Assembly (NCBI GenBank): GCA_965243135.1
Contig: OZ251539.1
Location: 3,360,001 to 3,424,000 of the forward strand
Direction: 5' to 3'
Origin: Alphaproteobacteria bacterium
Lineage (GTDB): Bacteria; Pseudomonadota; Alphaproteobacteria; MPNO01; UBA830
DNA: 64,000 bases
A program made the position numbers and the translations under genes. Shown in pieces: positions 40,566-51,804 of the stretch; positions within the stretch are counted from its first letter, which is position 1; every line of letters begins with the position of its first letter. The notes under the pieces are model-generated. The model searched no databases, had not been told where the DNA came from, and saw only the letters and a list, made by a program, of their open reading frames with translations.

Positions 40566-41862
40566 ATGACTGGGACGCCCGAACAGAAAGCGCGTCGCGA
40601 AATCGACGAGAATCTCACGGCGGCCAGCTGGCTGGTGCAGGGCCTCGACGAGCTTGACCTCACGGCCGGCCGCGGCATCGCCGTGCGCGAGTTTCCGATG
40701 AAGCCGGGTTCCGGCACGGCGGACTACATAACTCTATCTCGACCGCGAGGCCGTCGGCGCGATCGAGGCCAAGGCTGGCGGCACCCTGACCGGCGTCGAG
40801 GCGCAAATCGCCAAATACGCCGCCGGCCTGCCCGACAATCTGCCCGCGCGCCGCCGTCCTCTGCCATTTCTGTTCGAATCCAACGGTTCAGTGACGTACT
40901 TCACCAACGAGCTCGATCCTGCGCCGCACAGTCGGCAGGTGTTCAACTTCCCAAGGCCCGAGACGCTGGCCGACCGGGCCGCGCAACCCATGCAACTGCG
41001 CGCCAGACTTGGAGAGCTGCCGCCGCTCGACGAATCGCGACTCTGGTCCGTACAAGCCCGCGCCGTCCGCAATCTTGAGGGATCCTTCGCCGAAGCTCAT
41101 CCGCACGCCCTGATGGCGACAGGTTCCGGCAAGACCTTCACAGCGGTCAACGTCGTTTATCGCCTGTTAAGGTTCGGCGAGGCCAAGCGCATCCTCTTCC
41201 TGGTGGACCGAAGCAATCTCGGCAAACAAACGGAAAACGAGTTCGCGAACTTCACGCCGCCCGACGATCCGCGCAAGTCCCCGGAGCTCTACACGGTCCA
41301 GCGGCTTTCGACAAATTCGATCAATCCTGCCGCCAACGTGGTCATCACCACCATCCAACGCCTCTATTCGATGCTCAAGGACGATCCCGAGTTCGACGCC
41401 GGAAACGAGGAAGAATCCGGCTTCGACGCCGCCGTCCCATGGCGCAGCGAGCCGCCGGACGTAGTCTACAACGCCGCTATCCCGCCGGAGTTCTTCGATT
41501 TCGTCGTCGTGGACGAACGCCACCGATCAATCTACGACCTGTGGAGTCAAGTCTTGCTCTATTTCGATTCCTTCATGATTCGGACTGACCGCCACGCCCG
41601 CCGGCAAGACCGTCGGTTTCTTCAACCAGAACCTCGTCATGCAATACGGCCACGACGAGGCGGTCATCGACGGAGTCAACGCGGACTTCGACGTCTACCG
41701 CATTCGGACAAAGATCACCGAGCATGTCGCCACCAGCCTCGCCATCGAGCCGGACGATTTCGAGGGTTCGGCCAGCACGCCGACCTCGGTCTCGCGCACG
41801 CGCTGTTCGGCGACAAACTCAGGCCGATGATGGCGGAGTTGAACGAGCGGTTGGCGGCGTGA
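40566..41862 (+). pseudogene. hsdR: type I restriction endonuclease R subunit remnant
   Basis: TPEQKARREID, AVREFP, IEAK, MATGSGKT, DERH (for DExH), GLTATP; frameshifts and a large internal deletion before the C-terminal HVATSL...ELNERLAA. Confidence 0.88.
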
Positions 41863-41931
41863 ACGGAGGATCTTGCGCTGTTCGCTCAATCAGCCAATGA
41901 TCTGGTTAGACTGGTCGGAAAGGTTCGCATC

Positions 41932-42189
41932 ATGCAGAGATGGCAGTTGCAGGAAGCCAAGGCACGTCTCAGCGAACTGGTGCGCGAGGCGGCCACTGAT
42001 GGCCCGCAGACGATCACGGTGCGTGGGCAGCGAGCGGCCGTACTCCTTTCGGCGGAGGACTACGATCGTCTGAAACGTCCGAAGTCTTCGCTGGCGGAAC
42101 TGCTGCGGGCGTCGCCGCTGGCCGGGATCGACCTAAACATCAAGCGTGACCGGTCACCACCGCGCGACATCGATCTACGAGCTTCCTGA
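41932..42189 (+). CDS. Phd/YefM family antitoxin
   Basis: WQLQEAKARLSELV, GPQTITVRG, AVLLS. Confidence 0.92.
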   Translation: MQRWQLQEAKARLSELVREAATDGPQTITVRGQRAAVLLSAEDYDRLKRPKSSLAELLRASPLAGIDLNIKRDRSPPRDIDLRAS

Positions 42190-42569
42190 TCGACACCTGC
42201 ACACTCTCGGAATTGACCAAGCCCAAACCGCCGTGCTTGGTCCTCGACTGGTTCGACGCGGCGAAGCCCGAGACCCTGTTCATCAGTGTCCTGACGCTCG
42301 GCGAAATCCGCAAGGGCATCGAAAAGATGGACGGTGGTCGCCATCGTGCCCGGATCGTCGGATGGCTGGAAACAGCGTTGCCGCGCTGGTTCGACGACCG
42401 CGTTCTTTCGGTTGACGCCAATGTCGCAGACGAGTGAGGTCGCCTTGTCGCTCGGTCTCGCAACGTCCCAGCCGTTGACGGTCTGATTGCAGCAACCGCC
42501 TCCTGCCATCGCCTCACGGTCGTTACCCGCAACGAGGCCGACTTCGCCGTCACGGGAGTCGACCTGTTC
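42177..42569 (+). pseudogene. vapC: VapC/PIN toxin pseudogene
   Basis: (ACG)SFLIDT..LSE, ISVLTLGEI, in-frame TGA at 42435, DGLIAATA, VTRN..DF. Confidence 0.88.
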
Positions 42570-42719
42570 TGGATCAAGGACGAGAGCCTCACCGATACCG
42601 ACTCGTTGCCTGCGCCCCACGTCGTCGCCGCCGAGATCGTTGACGACCTGAAAACGGCTCTGACGCAATTTGCGAAGATCGCGGCTCGGCTGGAACAAGC
42701 GGACATGGCTCGCGATTAA
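42561..42719 (+). pseudogene. hsdM: C-terminal remnant of type I methyltransferase, fused in frame to vapC
   Basis: DLFWIKDESLTDTDSLPAPHVVAAEIVDDLKTALTQFAKI matches the typical HsdM C-terminal tail. Confidence 0.75.
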
Positions 42720-43324
42720 ATCGGGCGCCGCGGAGCCTTTCCTCGCCGGGCGCCAAGTACCGTCAGGATCTCGGGCAGCAGCCCGCGCGCGCCTTTGGCG
42801 CCCAGCAAAAGCCCGTCCCGCTCAACCCGCCTCGGCGCGAACGAAATCCTCCGCCCCTGAACGGCGGAAAGTTTCTTGCTGGACATGTCCGTAAACGAAG
42901 ACGCGGCCCCAGCTGAAAATCTTCGGCATGGCGACCTTGGCGTCGGTAAGCGCACCCGGCGGCGCGGCAACGGCCTGACCCACATCCAACCGCTCTCCGA
43001 CGGCGAATTCGTCCGCGAACGCAGAGGGTGCGGCAAAGAGAGCTCCGCCGCCTCGGGATATCGACGCTCGAAACGCATGAAGGATCTTTCCGTTCGGTCG
43101 CGGCCGGCGATCACCCGGAACCTGCCGCCAGCGGCGAAGATCGTCGTCCGCGGGCCAGATCAAAAAAATGGCTCGGCCTCGGCGGAGCGTCCCTCCGTCG
43201 CGATCGTTCCCGGCGCGTTCGGGAAAATGGAACCGCGCCGACCGATCCTTCGTCTGGAGATCCCGCGGACCGCCGCCTTTCCATGCCGCTCGGGTCGCAG
43301 GATGAACCGCAAGCGGCGGCCGCC

Positions 43325-44467
43325 TCAAATCTCCAGAAGTTCGATCTCGGGGCCGCGCGCCGTCAACGCGATCTCGCCGCGCTTAAGGCGCAGCGCATCG
43401 TCCCCGAAGACCTGACGCCGCCAACCGTGGAGGGCCGGAACGTCGTTGCCGTCCGCGAGTTCCTCCAGGTCGCTCGACGAAGCGACCAGTTTCTGGGCGA
43501 CTCCGTGGCGCTGGCACTTTTGCTTGAGCAATATCTTGAGAAGGTCGATCGTCGCCTCGTCGCTCCGCCTTGAATCCCGTTGCGCAGGAACCGACGGGTA
43601 GAGGGACGGGTCCGTCGCGCGAACGCCGTCGAGAACGGCGACGATCTCGGCCGCGCGCTGCTTGCCGACCCGGTTTTGTGCGACGCGGCGCAGGGACATC
43701 AGATCGCCGACCGACCGGGGCGCCGCGGCGCAGATTTCGACGAGGGCCTCGTCCCTGAGAACCCGGATGCGGGGCATGTCGTCCCTCTGCGCCGCGGTTT
43801 CCCTCCACGCCGCCAGCGCCCGCGCCATCGCCAGATCGCGCGGTTTGCGCGTCTTCAACCTCAGGCGCTTCCAAGCGTTTTCCGGATCGATCCGGTAGGT
43901 GTCTAGATCGGTCAGAACCGTCATTTCTTCCGACAGCCACGGAGTCCGGCCGCTGGCTTCCAGCCGCTCCGAAAGCTGTGCGTAGATCGCCCGAAGATGG
44001 GTTACGTCGCTCAAGGCGTAACGAATCTGCTTGGCGCTCAGAGGCCGCTTCATCCAGTCCGTGAACTGCATCGACTTGTCCACCGAACCGCCCGCCAGAT
44101 CGCGAACCAGCCGTTCGTAGCCGACGGAATCGCCGTAGCCGCAAACCATCGCCGCGATTTGGGTGTCGAAGATCGGAACGGGCACCCGCCCCGTCCGATG
44201 GACGAATATCTCCACGTCCTGCCGGGCGGCATGAAAGACCTTGAGAACGCGCTCGTCGTCGAGAAGGGCGAAAAGGGGCGACAGATCGATGCCCGCCGCC
44301 AGCGCGTCGATCGCGCGGGCTTCGTCGGGCGTCCCGACCTGAATCAGCGCCAGAACCGGCCAGTAGGTTCTCTCGCGGAAAAACTCGGTATCGACGGTGA
44401 CGAACGGAAAGCGCGACGCGCGCGCGCAAAACGCCTCGAGGCCCGCGGTCTCGGTGATCAGCGACAT
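43325..44467 (-). CDS. rnd: ribonuclease D
   Basis: VDTEF, HAARQD, FDTQIAA, TDW..RPL, YALSDV, HRDC region. Confidence 0.95.
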   Translation of the reverse strand: MSLITETAGLEAFCARASRFPFVTVDTEFFRERTYWPVLALIQVGTPDEARAIDALAAGIDLSPLFALLDDERVLKVFHAARQDVEIFVHRTGRVPVPIFDTQIAAMVCGYGDSVGYERLVRDLAGGSVDKSMQFTDWMKRPLSAKQIRYALSDVTHLRAIYAQLSERLEASGRTPWLSEEMTVLTDLDTYRIDPENAWKRLRLKTRKPRDLAMARALAAWRETAAQRDDMPRIRVLRDEALVEICAAAPRSVGDLMSLRRVAQNRVGKQRAAEIVAVLDGVRATDPSLYPSVPAQRDSRRSDEATIDLLKILLKQKCQRHGVAQKLVASSSDLEELADGNDVPALHGWRRQVFGDDALRLKRGEIALTARGPEIELLEI

Positions 44468-44583
44468 GGCGTTGTCTTACATGCATTCCCTCCGGACTTG
44501 AAGCGGAACCGCCAAGCATCTACAAACCCGTTGCGCCGCCGTCCCGGGGCGCCGATCGGTCTCGCCAGCGGCAGGTTCCTCGC

Positions 44584-46356
44584 ATGCACCCGTACCGCAC
44601 CCATAACTGCGGCGAACTCCGCGCCGCGCACGCCGGCGCCGAAGCCCGGTTGTCCGGCTGGGTCCACCGGATCCGCGACCACGGCAATCTGCTTTTCGTC
44701 GATCTCCGCGATCATTTCGGGCTGACGCAATGCGTGGTCGAGGTCGACTCGCCGGTTTTCGCGGAAGTCGAGGCGTTGCGCCTCGAAACTGTGGCCTGCC
44801 TGACCGGCCGCGTCGAGCGCCGCTCCTCGGAAACGCGGAATCCGGGATTGCCGACCGGCGAGGTCGAACTCCGCATCGCCGCTCGCGAAGTGCTGGGGGC
44901 GAGCGAACCGTTGCCGCTGGAAGTCAACAGCGATCGCGATTACGGGGAGGATGTCCGCCTGAAGTACAGGTTCCTCGACCTGCGCCGCGACAGGATCCAC
45001 CGGAACGTCATGATGCGAAGCGCCGTGATCGCCAGCATTCGCAGGCGCATGATCGAGCAAGGCTTCATGGAGTTCCAGACGCCGATCCTGACCTCCGCCT
45101 CGCCCGAAGGCGCGCGGGACTTTCTGGTGCCCAGCCGCCTGCATCCCGGAGAATTCTACGCCCTCCCCCAGGCACCGCAGCAGTTCAAGCAACTGATCAT
45201 GGTCGCCGGCTTCGACCGCTACTTCCAGATCGCGCCGTGCTTCCGCGACGAGGACGCGCGCGCCGACCGCTCGCCCGGCGAGTTCTATCAACTCGACTTC
45301 GAGATGTCGTTCGTCACGCAGGAGGACGTGTTCGCCGCGATCGAGCCGGTGCTGCACGGCGTATTCGAGGAATTCGCGAACGGACGCGGCGTCTCGCCGA
45401 CGCCGTTTCCCCGCATTCCCTACGCCGAGGCGATAAGCAAGTACGGCTCCGACAAACCCGACCTCCGCAACCCCATCGAAATGCGCGACGCCACCGGCGT
45501 CTTCCGCGGTTCCGGATTCCGGGTCTTCGCCGGCATGATCGAAAGCGATCCGGAGGTCCGGGTGTGGGCGATACCGGCGCCGGGGGGCGGCTCGCGCTCG
45601 TTCTGCGACCGCATGAACGCCTGGGCGCAGCAGGAAGGACAGCCCGGGCTCGGTTACGTCTTCTTCCGCGACGGCGAAGGCGCCGGCCCGGTCGCCCGCA
45701 ACCTCGGCCCCGAACGGACCGGGGAGCTGCGGAGCCGGCTGGATCTCGCGGACGGCGACGCCGTCTTTTTCGTCTGCGGAACGCCGGATCAATCCGCCGC
45801 CTTCGCGGGCCGGGCCAGGAACGAACTGGGGACGCGGCTGAAGCTTGCGGCCGAAGGCCGGTTCGAATTCTGTTGGATCGTCGACTACCCCATGTACGAG
45901 CCCGACGAACGGACCGGCGGCTTCGCCTTCAGCCATAATCCGTTTTCCATGCCCCAGGGAGGTCTGGAAGCGCTGGAAACCCGGAATCCGCTGGACGTCC
46001 TCGCCTGGCAGTACGACATCGTCTGCAACGGCGTCGAGCTGTCCAGCGGCGCGATCCGGAATCACCGCCCGGACATCATGTACAAGGCGTTCGAAATCGC
46101 CGGGTACCCGAAAGAGCGGGTGGAAACGGAATTCGCGGGCATGCTGAACGCGCTCAAGTTCGGCGCCCCGCCCCACGGCGGGTCGGCGCCGGGCATAGAC
46201 CGGATCGTCATGCTTCTCGCCGACGAACCGAGCATCCGCGAGGTCATCCTGTTCCCAATGAACCAGCAGGCGCGCGATCTGATGATGAACGCGCCGGCGG
46301 CCGTGCCTGAAGACCGCCTGCGCGAACTCTCGTTGCGAACGACCGCTCGACCGTAG
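44584..46356 (+). CDS. aspS: aspartate--tRNA ligase
   Basis: [36 protein letters not shown]. Confidence 0.97.
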   Translation: MHPYRTHNCGELRAAHAGAEARLSGWVHRIRDHGNLLFVDLRDHFGLTQCVVEVDSPVFAEVEALRLETVACLTGRVERRSSETRNPGLPTGEVELRIAAREVLGASEPLPLEVNSDRDYGEDVRLKYRFLDLRRDRIHRNVMMRSAVIASIRRRMIEQGFMEFQTPILTSASPEGARDFLVPSRLHPGEFYALPQAPQQFKQLIMVAGFDRYFQIAPCFRDEDARADRSPGEFYQLDFEMSFVTQEDVFAAIEPVLHGVFEEFANGRGVSPTPFPRIPYAEAISKYGSDKPDLRNPIEMRDATGVFRGSGFRVFAGMIESDPEVRVWAIPAPGGGSRSFCDRMNAWAQQEGQPGLGYVFFRDGEGAGPVARNLGPERTGELRSRLDLADGDAVFFVCGTPDQSAAFAGRARNELGTRLKLAAEGRFEFCWIVDYPMYEPDERTGGFAFSHNPFSMPQGGLEALETRNPLDVLAWQYDIVCNGVELSSGAIRNHRPDIMYKAFEIAGYPKERVETEFAGMLNALKFGAPPHGGSAPGIDRIVMLLADEPSIREVILFPMNQQARDLMMNAPAAVPEDRLRELSLRTTARP

Positions 46357-46747
46357 ACGCCGCGGCGCGGGAGAGCCGTTGCCGCGGCGCTCGCGTTTCC
46401 TCCGAGGGCGGACAGCGCGGAGGAAGGACGGCGCATCGAGAAAAAACGAAAGATGCCGGGACCCGGAATCGGAACGTTTCGTGCGGACGCGAGCCGCGAT
46501 TCCCGCGGCGGACGAAGCGCCGGGGGGCGAACGTCGGCGCCGCGCCGGAAGGGCGCGAACTTTTCGCCGAAAAACGGCTCTTGCCGAACGGAAAAAAATA
46601 TTGTTGAATACTATGGAATCCCGGCTAAGCTTCGAATTGAAGCTGCGCGGACAGCCGCCAGCCGGACAAATCCCGCTTGAACCCGCAGCGAAGCGGCGAA
46701 CGGACGATGCGGGAAGAATCGCTCCACAAACGGACAAGAAAGGCGCC

Positions 46748-47194
46748 ATGAGACAGGGCCCGAACAACAAGCGCATCAGGGGACGGGGCAACGGACGAAA
46801 GCACTCGAACCCGCGCAACCAATCATTCGACAGCAACGGTCCCGACGTAAAGGTGCGGGGCAACGCGCAGCAGATAGTCGAAAAATATCTCACGCTTGCC
46901 CGGGACGCCTCGTCGACGGGGGACCGCATCGCGGCCGAGAACTACTACCAGCACGCCGAACACTACTATCGGCTGCTCAATGCGAACGCCCCGGCCGGCG
47001 AGCACCGCCCGCCGGCCGGGGCGGAACCGGGCGTCGAACCGCCGCGGGAGGACACGGAAGAGTCGGCGCCGGAGAGCGCCGGAAACGGTTCCAAGCGCGG
47101 GAACGGCTATCAAGCGACGCGGCATGCCGCCGACGGACCGCAGCCCGAGGTCGCGTCGGGAGAAACGGCGGAAAGAGCCGGCGACGGCGCCTGA
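46748..47194 (+). CDS. DUF4167 domain protein
   Basis: FDSNGPDVKVRGNAQQIVEKY..LARDA...AENYYQHAEHYYR. Confidence 0.9.
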   Translation: MRQGPNNKRIRGRGNGRKHSNPRNQSFDSNGPDVKVRGNAQQIVEKYLTLARDASSTGDRIAAENYYQHAEHYYRLLNANAPAGEHRPPAGAEPGVEPPREDTEESAPESAGNGSKRGNGYQATRHAADGPQPEVASGETAERAGDGA

Positions 47195-47299
47195 GCCCGC
47201 GAACCGAAGCGGCGCCGCCGCGAGCCGCCGACCGAAGCGCGGAGAGAATTCTCCCGGCTCCGTCCGCGAGCGGCTTGACCAACCGCGAGGCAAACCGGA

Positions 47300-48079
47300 A
47301 TGACCGACCTTCCCATTCGCATCTGGTACCAGGGCTTCACGGACCCCGTCGCGCACGCGAATTACGTCGACAGGCTTCGCAAGCACCTCGACGCGGTCGC
47401 CGGCGACGGGGTTTCCGTCGAGTTTCACGGCGTGGTTCCGCCGGCCAGCCAGCTTCATCCGATCGAGGAGCTGCGATGTTCGCTCGGCGCGATGGCCAAT
47501 GCGCTCAAGGCGCAGGAAGAAGGCTACGACGCCTTCGCGATGGGCCATTTTCAGGAGGCCGGCATCCACGAAATCAAGGCCATGCTCGACATACCTTGCC
47601 TGTCTCTCGGCGAGGCGAGCATGCTGTTCGCCTGCACCCTCGGCCGGAAGATCGGACTCGTCACCATCGATCCGATATTCGTCTCCTGGCATGAAGACCA
47701 GGTCGTCCGCGCAGGGCTGTCGCAGAGGGTGATCGGCGTTCGAGCGATGCGGACCTCGCCCGCGGACTACATGCGAGCCTTCGCCGACGAGGACGCGTAC
47801 CGGAACGTTCTCGGGCAGTTTCGGGAACAGGCCCGTCCGCTGCTCGACCGGGGGGCTGACGTCCTGATCCCGGCCGGCGGCCTGCCCATGCTCCTGCTGT
47901 CCCGCGAAGAAGGGCTGACGATCGACGGCGCTCCGGTGGTGAACGGCATCAACGTGCTGGTGAAAATGACCGAGACGGCCGTGCGCCTGAAACGCATCGA
48001 CGGAGTGGCGGTCAGTCGGCGGTCGAATTACGCGCGTCCTTCGGACGCGGCGATGGCGGAGTTCCGAAAAATCCTGTAG
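47300..48079 (+). CDS. Asp/Glu/hydantoin racemase family protein
   Basis: AQEEGYDA, LGEASM, GADVLIPAGG; fold-level similarity. Confidence 0.8.
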   Translation: MTDLPIRIWYQGFTDPVAHANYVDRLRKHLDAVAGDGVSVEFHGVVPPASQLHPIEELRCSLGAMANALKAQEEGYDAFAMGHFQEAGIHEIKAMLDIPCLSLGEASMLFACTLGRKIGLVTIDPIFVSWHEDQVVRAGLSQRVIGVRAMRTSPADYMRAFADEDAYRNVLGQFREQARPLLDRGADVLIPAGGLPMLLLSREEGLTIDGAPVVNGINVLVKMTETAVRLKRIDGVAVSRRSNYARPSDAAMAEFRKIL

Positions 48080-48094
48080 CCGCGCCGCCGGCCG

Positions 48095-50464
48095 TTACGC
48101 CTCCGGCCGTTGCGCCGCCGCCTCCGCGAGCCTGAAGAGGCGCTCGGGCGTGGCGGGGAGCTCCATGATCTCGATTCCCGGCAACGCGTCCGATAAGGCG
48201 TTGGCGACGCAGGCCGGAGCCCCGATGGTTCCGCCTTCTCCGAGACCGCGAAATCCGCCGATCGTCGCCGGCGGCGACGCCTCGAGGTGAACGACCTCGA
48301 TCGGGGGGATTTCCGCTGCCGACGGCACCACGTAGTCGACCAGGCTCGCGGTAAGGAGCTGACCCTCCCCGTCGTGAACCACCTCCTCCAGGAGGGCGAC
48401 GCCGATGCCCTGCGCGACGCCGCCGTGCGCCTGCCCGTCGGCGACGAGCGGATTGATCACCCGTCCGCAATCCTCGACCACCAGATACCGCTTGACCGCC
48501 GCCTCCCAGGTCTCCGGATCGATTTCGACGAGGCACAAATGCGCGGCCGACGTCGTCGTGCCGAAGAACGGATCGTAGACGCGGGTCGCCTCCAGATTGT
48601 CGATCTCCTCGCGCAGTTCCTTCGGAACCCGTCCCATCTGGGAATACAGCGCATGGGCGAGTTCGCCGATCTCCATGGAGCGGTCCGTGCCCTTGACCCA
48701 GACGCGGCCGTCGCCGGTTTCGACGTCCTCTTCCGCCGCTTCGAGCAGATGTCCCGCGACGCGGACGATTTTTTCCCGCACCGCCCGCGCGGCCAGCGTT
48801 CCGGCGCCGCCGCCGAACACGGCGCCGCGGCTGGCGTAGGTGCCGGTGGTGTGGCTCACCGCCGCGCTGTCGCCGAGGATCACCTCCACGTCCCCGACCT
48901 TCGCGCCGACCTCCTCCGCGACGACCTGGGCGAGGGTCGTCTCCATTCCCTGCCCCTGGCTCGACAGGCCGAAACGCGCCGTCACGGCGCCGGTCGAATC
49001 GATGGCGACGGTCGCCGTTTCCGTGCCGGTGTTGATCGGCATGCCGGGCGCGACCGCGATTCGCGAACCGACGCCCGTCAGTTCCGCGTAGACGGCGATC
49101 CCGATGCCCACCAGCCTGCCCTGAGCGCGCGCCTGTTCCTGTTCCCGGCGCAGCGCATGGTAGTCCTGCGTCGCTCTTTTAAGACAGGCATGAAACGCCG
49201 ATTTGTCCCACACCAGGCCGGAGGCCGCCTTGTAGGGAAACTCGTCGTCGCCGACGAGGTTGCGGGCGCGCGCCTCGACCGGATCCAGGCCCGCCTTTCG
49301 CGCCGCCATATCGACGAGCCGCTCCATCACGAACGCCGAAATCGGCCGTCCCACGCCGCGATAGGCTCCCATCAGGGTCTTGTTGGTGGCGACCGCGCGG
49401 ACCCGCGCCGCGTAGTTCTCGACCCTGTAGGGCCCGGGCAGGAAGCTCGCCGCCTGGACGGGTTCGATGGTCGCGGTCCAGGGGTAGATGGAATAGGCTC
49501 CGACGTCGCCGATCACGTCCGCCTTCAGTCCGAGTATCGTCCCGTCTTCGGCCAGAGCGATCTCGGCGTCGACGATCTCGTCGAAGGCCTGGGCGGTCGA
49601 CATCAGATCCTCCATGCGGTCGCTCACCCATTTGACCGGGCGTCTCAGGTCGCGGGCGACGGCGCAGACGACGATCTCCTCGGAATAGAGCGACGTCTTG
49701 GCGCCGAAGCCGCCCCCGACATCCGGCGCGATCACGCGGATGCGGAGGCCCGGCAGGATCTCGGAAAGCTTGTCGCGAACGATGCCGGGGATCTGCGTCG
49801 TGCTGTGCAGCGTGAGCGACCGCGCGCCCCGATCGTACTCGGCCGCGGCGGCGCGCGCCTCGATGGCGACCGGCGTGGTCCGGGTGAAACGGAACCGTCC
49901 GCCGGCCGTCACGCGCGCGGACGCGAACGCGCCGTCCACGTCTCCGCGCCCGAAAGACCTTTCGGCCAGAACGTTGGACGCAAGGTCTTCGTGCAAGAGC
50001 GGCGCGCCTTCGACCGCGGACTCCTCCGGATCCGCCAGCGGCGGCAGCGGTTCGACGTCGACTTCGATCAGCCCGAGCGCGTCTTCCGCGACGTACCGGC
50101 TCTCGGCGACGACGGCCGCGACCGCTTCGCCGACGTAGCGCAGCTTGCCTAGGGCGAGCGGCGGTATGTCCGTCGGCTGGTAGCTCTTCATGCGCGAGGT
50201 CGCCCGATAGGGCTTGACGAGCCGGGCGATGTCCTCGCCCGCGTAGACCGCGGCGACGCCCGGCATCGCCGCCGCCGCCGACGCGTCGACCGATACGATG
50301 CGGGCATGGGCGTGATCGCTGCGGCGAAACGCGACGTGCAGCATGCCGTGGCGTTTGATGTCCGCGACGAAGTTGCCCGCGCCCGCGAGCAGCCGCGGAT
50401 CCTCCTTGCGCGCCACGCGCGCGCCGACGTACCGCGGCCGGACGAGGGACGCGTCGCCGGTCAT
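48095..50464 (-). CDS. xanthine dehydrogenase/CoxL-like molybdopterin-binding subunit
   Basis: RKEDPRLL, GGGFG, AYRGVGR, GTYASR, GGVAQGIG, GEGG. Confidence 0.93.
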   Translation of the reverse strand: MTGDASLVRPRYVGARVARKEDPRLLAGAGNFVADIKRHGMLHVAFRRSDHAHARIVSVDASAAAAMPGVAAVYAGEDIARLVKPYRATSRMKSYQPTDIPPLALGKLRYVGEAVAAVVAESRYVAEDALGLIEVDVEPLPPLADPEESAVEGAPLLHEDLASNVLAERSFGRGDVDGAFASARVTAGGRFRFTRTTPVAIEARAAAAEYDRGARSLTLHSTTQIPGIVRDKLSEILPGLRIRVIAPDVGGGFGAKTSLYSEEIVVCAVARDLRRPVKWVSDRMEDLMSTAQAFDEIVDAEIALAEDGTILGLKADVIGDVGAYSIYPWTATIEPVQAASFLPGPYRVENYAARVRAVATNKTLMGAYRGVGRPISAFVMERLVDMAARKAGLDPVEARARNLVGDDEFPYKAASGLVWDKSAFHACLKRATQDYHALRREQEQARAQGRLVGIGIAVYAELTGVGSRIAVAPGMPINTGTETATVAIDSTGAVTARFGLSSQGQGMETTLAQVVAEEVGAKVGDVEVILGDSAAVSHTTGTYASRGAVFGGGAGTLAARAVREKIVRVAGHLLEAAEEDVETGDGRVWVKGTDRSMEIGELAHALYSQMGRVPKELREEIDNLEATRVYDPFFGTTTSAAHLCLVEIDPETWEAAVKRYLVVEDCGRVINPLVADGQAHGGVAQGIGVALLEEVVHDGEGQLLTASLVDYVVPSAAEIPPIEVVHLEASPPATIGGFRGLGEGGTIGAPACVANALSDALPGIEIMELPATPERLFRLAEAAAQRPEA

Positions 50465-50928
50465 TCGGAACCCCTCTTGCCGGCCGCCGTCCGTATGGCG
50501 CGGACGATGTGCTCGTATCCCGTGCAGCGGCAGATGTTTCCCGAGATCCCGTCGCGAATCTCGTCGTCGGTGGCGAGCGGATACTTGCGCAACAGATCGG
50601 TCGCCGTCATCAGCATGCCCGGGGTGCAGAATCCGCACTGGAGCGCGTGATGTTCCCGAAACGCCTCCTGCAGCGGACTCAGCGCGTCGATTTCTCCGAG
50701 GCTTTCGACCGTCTCGATCTCGCCGCCGTCCGCCTGGACCGCGAAGGTCAGGCAGGAACGCACGCTGTCGCCGTCCATGATCACCGTGCAGGCGCCGCAT
50801 ATCCCGTGCTCGCAACCTACGTGTGTGCCGGTCAGGTCGAGATTCTCGCGGATGAAGTCGGCCAGCAGCAGGCGCGGCTCGACGTCGGCCTCGCGCGTCG
50901 CGCCGTTGACCTTGACGGAAATCTTCAC
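50461..50928 (-). CDS. CoxS-like 2Fe-2S subunit
   Basis: GCEHGICGAC, QCGFCTPG, GNICRCTGY; GTG start overlapping the coxM-like stop. Confidence 0.93.
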   Translation of the reverse strand: MKISVKVNGATREADVEPRLLLADFIRENLDLTGTHVGCEHGICGACTVIMDGDSVRSCLTFAVQADGGEIETVESLGEIDALSPLQEAFREHHALQCGFCTPGMLMTATDLLRKYPLATDDEIRDGISGNICRCTGYEHIVRAIRTAAGKRGSE

Positions 50929-51794
50929 GACCGGCGGCGCTTCAAGGCGGCCGCGAGCGCGCGCCGGGTCAGAACATGGGTCAAGTGACGCCGGTAATCC
51001 GCGGAACCGTGAAGGTCGCCCTCGGGTTCCGCCGCGTCGCGCGCGGCGGCGGCGGCGGCGACGAGAGCGTCCGGCGCGGGCTCGGCGCCGGTCAGTAGCT
51101 CTTCCGCCTCCCTGGCGCGAAGCGGGGTCGGATGCACGCCGGCCAGCGCGATCCGCGCCTCCGAGATCCTGCCGCCGTCGAGCGCGACCACCGCGCACGC
51201 CGCCGCCACGGCGAAATCGCCGCGGCGCCTCGCGACCTCCTCGAAACCCCATCCGGCGCCCGCCGGAAGCGCCGGCAGGGAAACCGCGACCGTCATCTCG
51301 TCGGGACGCAGGGCGGTCGTCAGCGGCGCAAGGAAGAAATCCGATGCCGGAACGGCGCGGGCGGAAGAAGGTCCCGAAATCTCGACGCGGGCGTCCAGAA
51401 GCAGGGAAAGCGCCGGCAGTTCCGCCGCCGGATCCGCGTGGGACAAGCTGCCGCCGACGGTGCCGCGATTGCGGATCGCGAGATGCGCGACATGCTTCAT
51501 CGCCGCCCCGAGAACCGGAAACCGTTCGCGAACCGCGGCCGAGGTCTCCAGGGCGTAGTGGCGCGCCAGCGCGCCGATGCGAAGCCCCCCGTCCGCCGTT
51601 TCCTCGATCCCGGAAAGACCCTCGATGCGGTTGACGTCGATGAAAGTCCGGGCGTCGACCAGGCGGAAATTGAGCATCGGAACCAGACTCTGGCCGCCAG
51701 CCAGCAACTTCGCCTCGCCGCCGCGTTCCGCGAGCATCGCCGTGGCCTCGTCCACGCCGGACGCGCGGACGTAGTCGAAGGAAGCCGGCTTCAT
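50925..51794 (-). CDS. CoxM-like FAD-binding subunit
   Basis: MKPASFDY, AGGQSLVPM, RNRGTVGGSL, RRRGDFA. Confidence 0.93.
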   Translation of the reverse strand: MKPASFDYVRASGVDEATAMLAERGGEAKLLAGGQSLVPMLNFRLVDARTFIDVNRIEGLSGIEETADGGLRIGALARHYALETSAAVRERFPVLGAAMKHVAHLAIRNRGTVGGSLSHADPAAELPALSLLLDARVEISGPSSARAVPASDFFLAPLTTALRPDEMTVAVSLPALPAGAGWGFEEVARRRGDFAVAAACAVVALDGGRISEARIALAGVHPTPLRAREAEELLTGAEPAPDALVAAAAAARDAAEPEGDLHGSADYRRHLTHVLTRRALAAALKRRRS

Positions 51795-51804
51795 CGAGCC
51801 GACA

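Noticed and set aside
42720-43320. Possible relic of an exported protein (ALFAAPSAFADEF... on the minus strand)
   Set aside because: No clean start or family motif; too weak to annotate.
48095-51794. Aerobic CO dehydrogenase
   Set aside because: Lacks the Cu-binding AYxCSFR motif and cox accessory genes.
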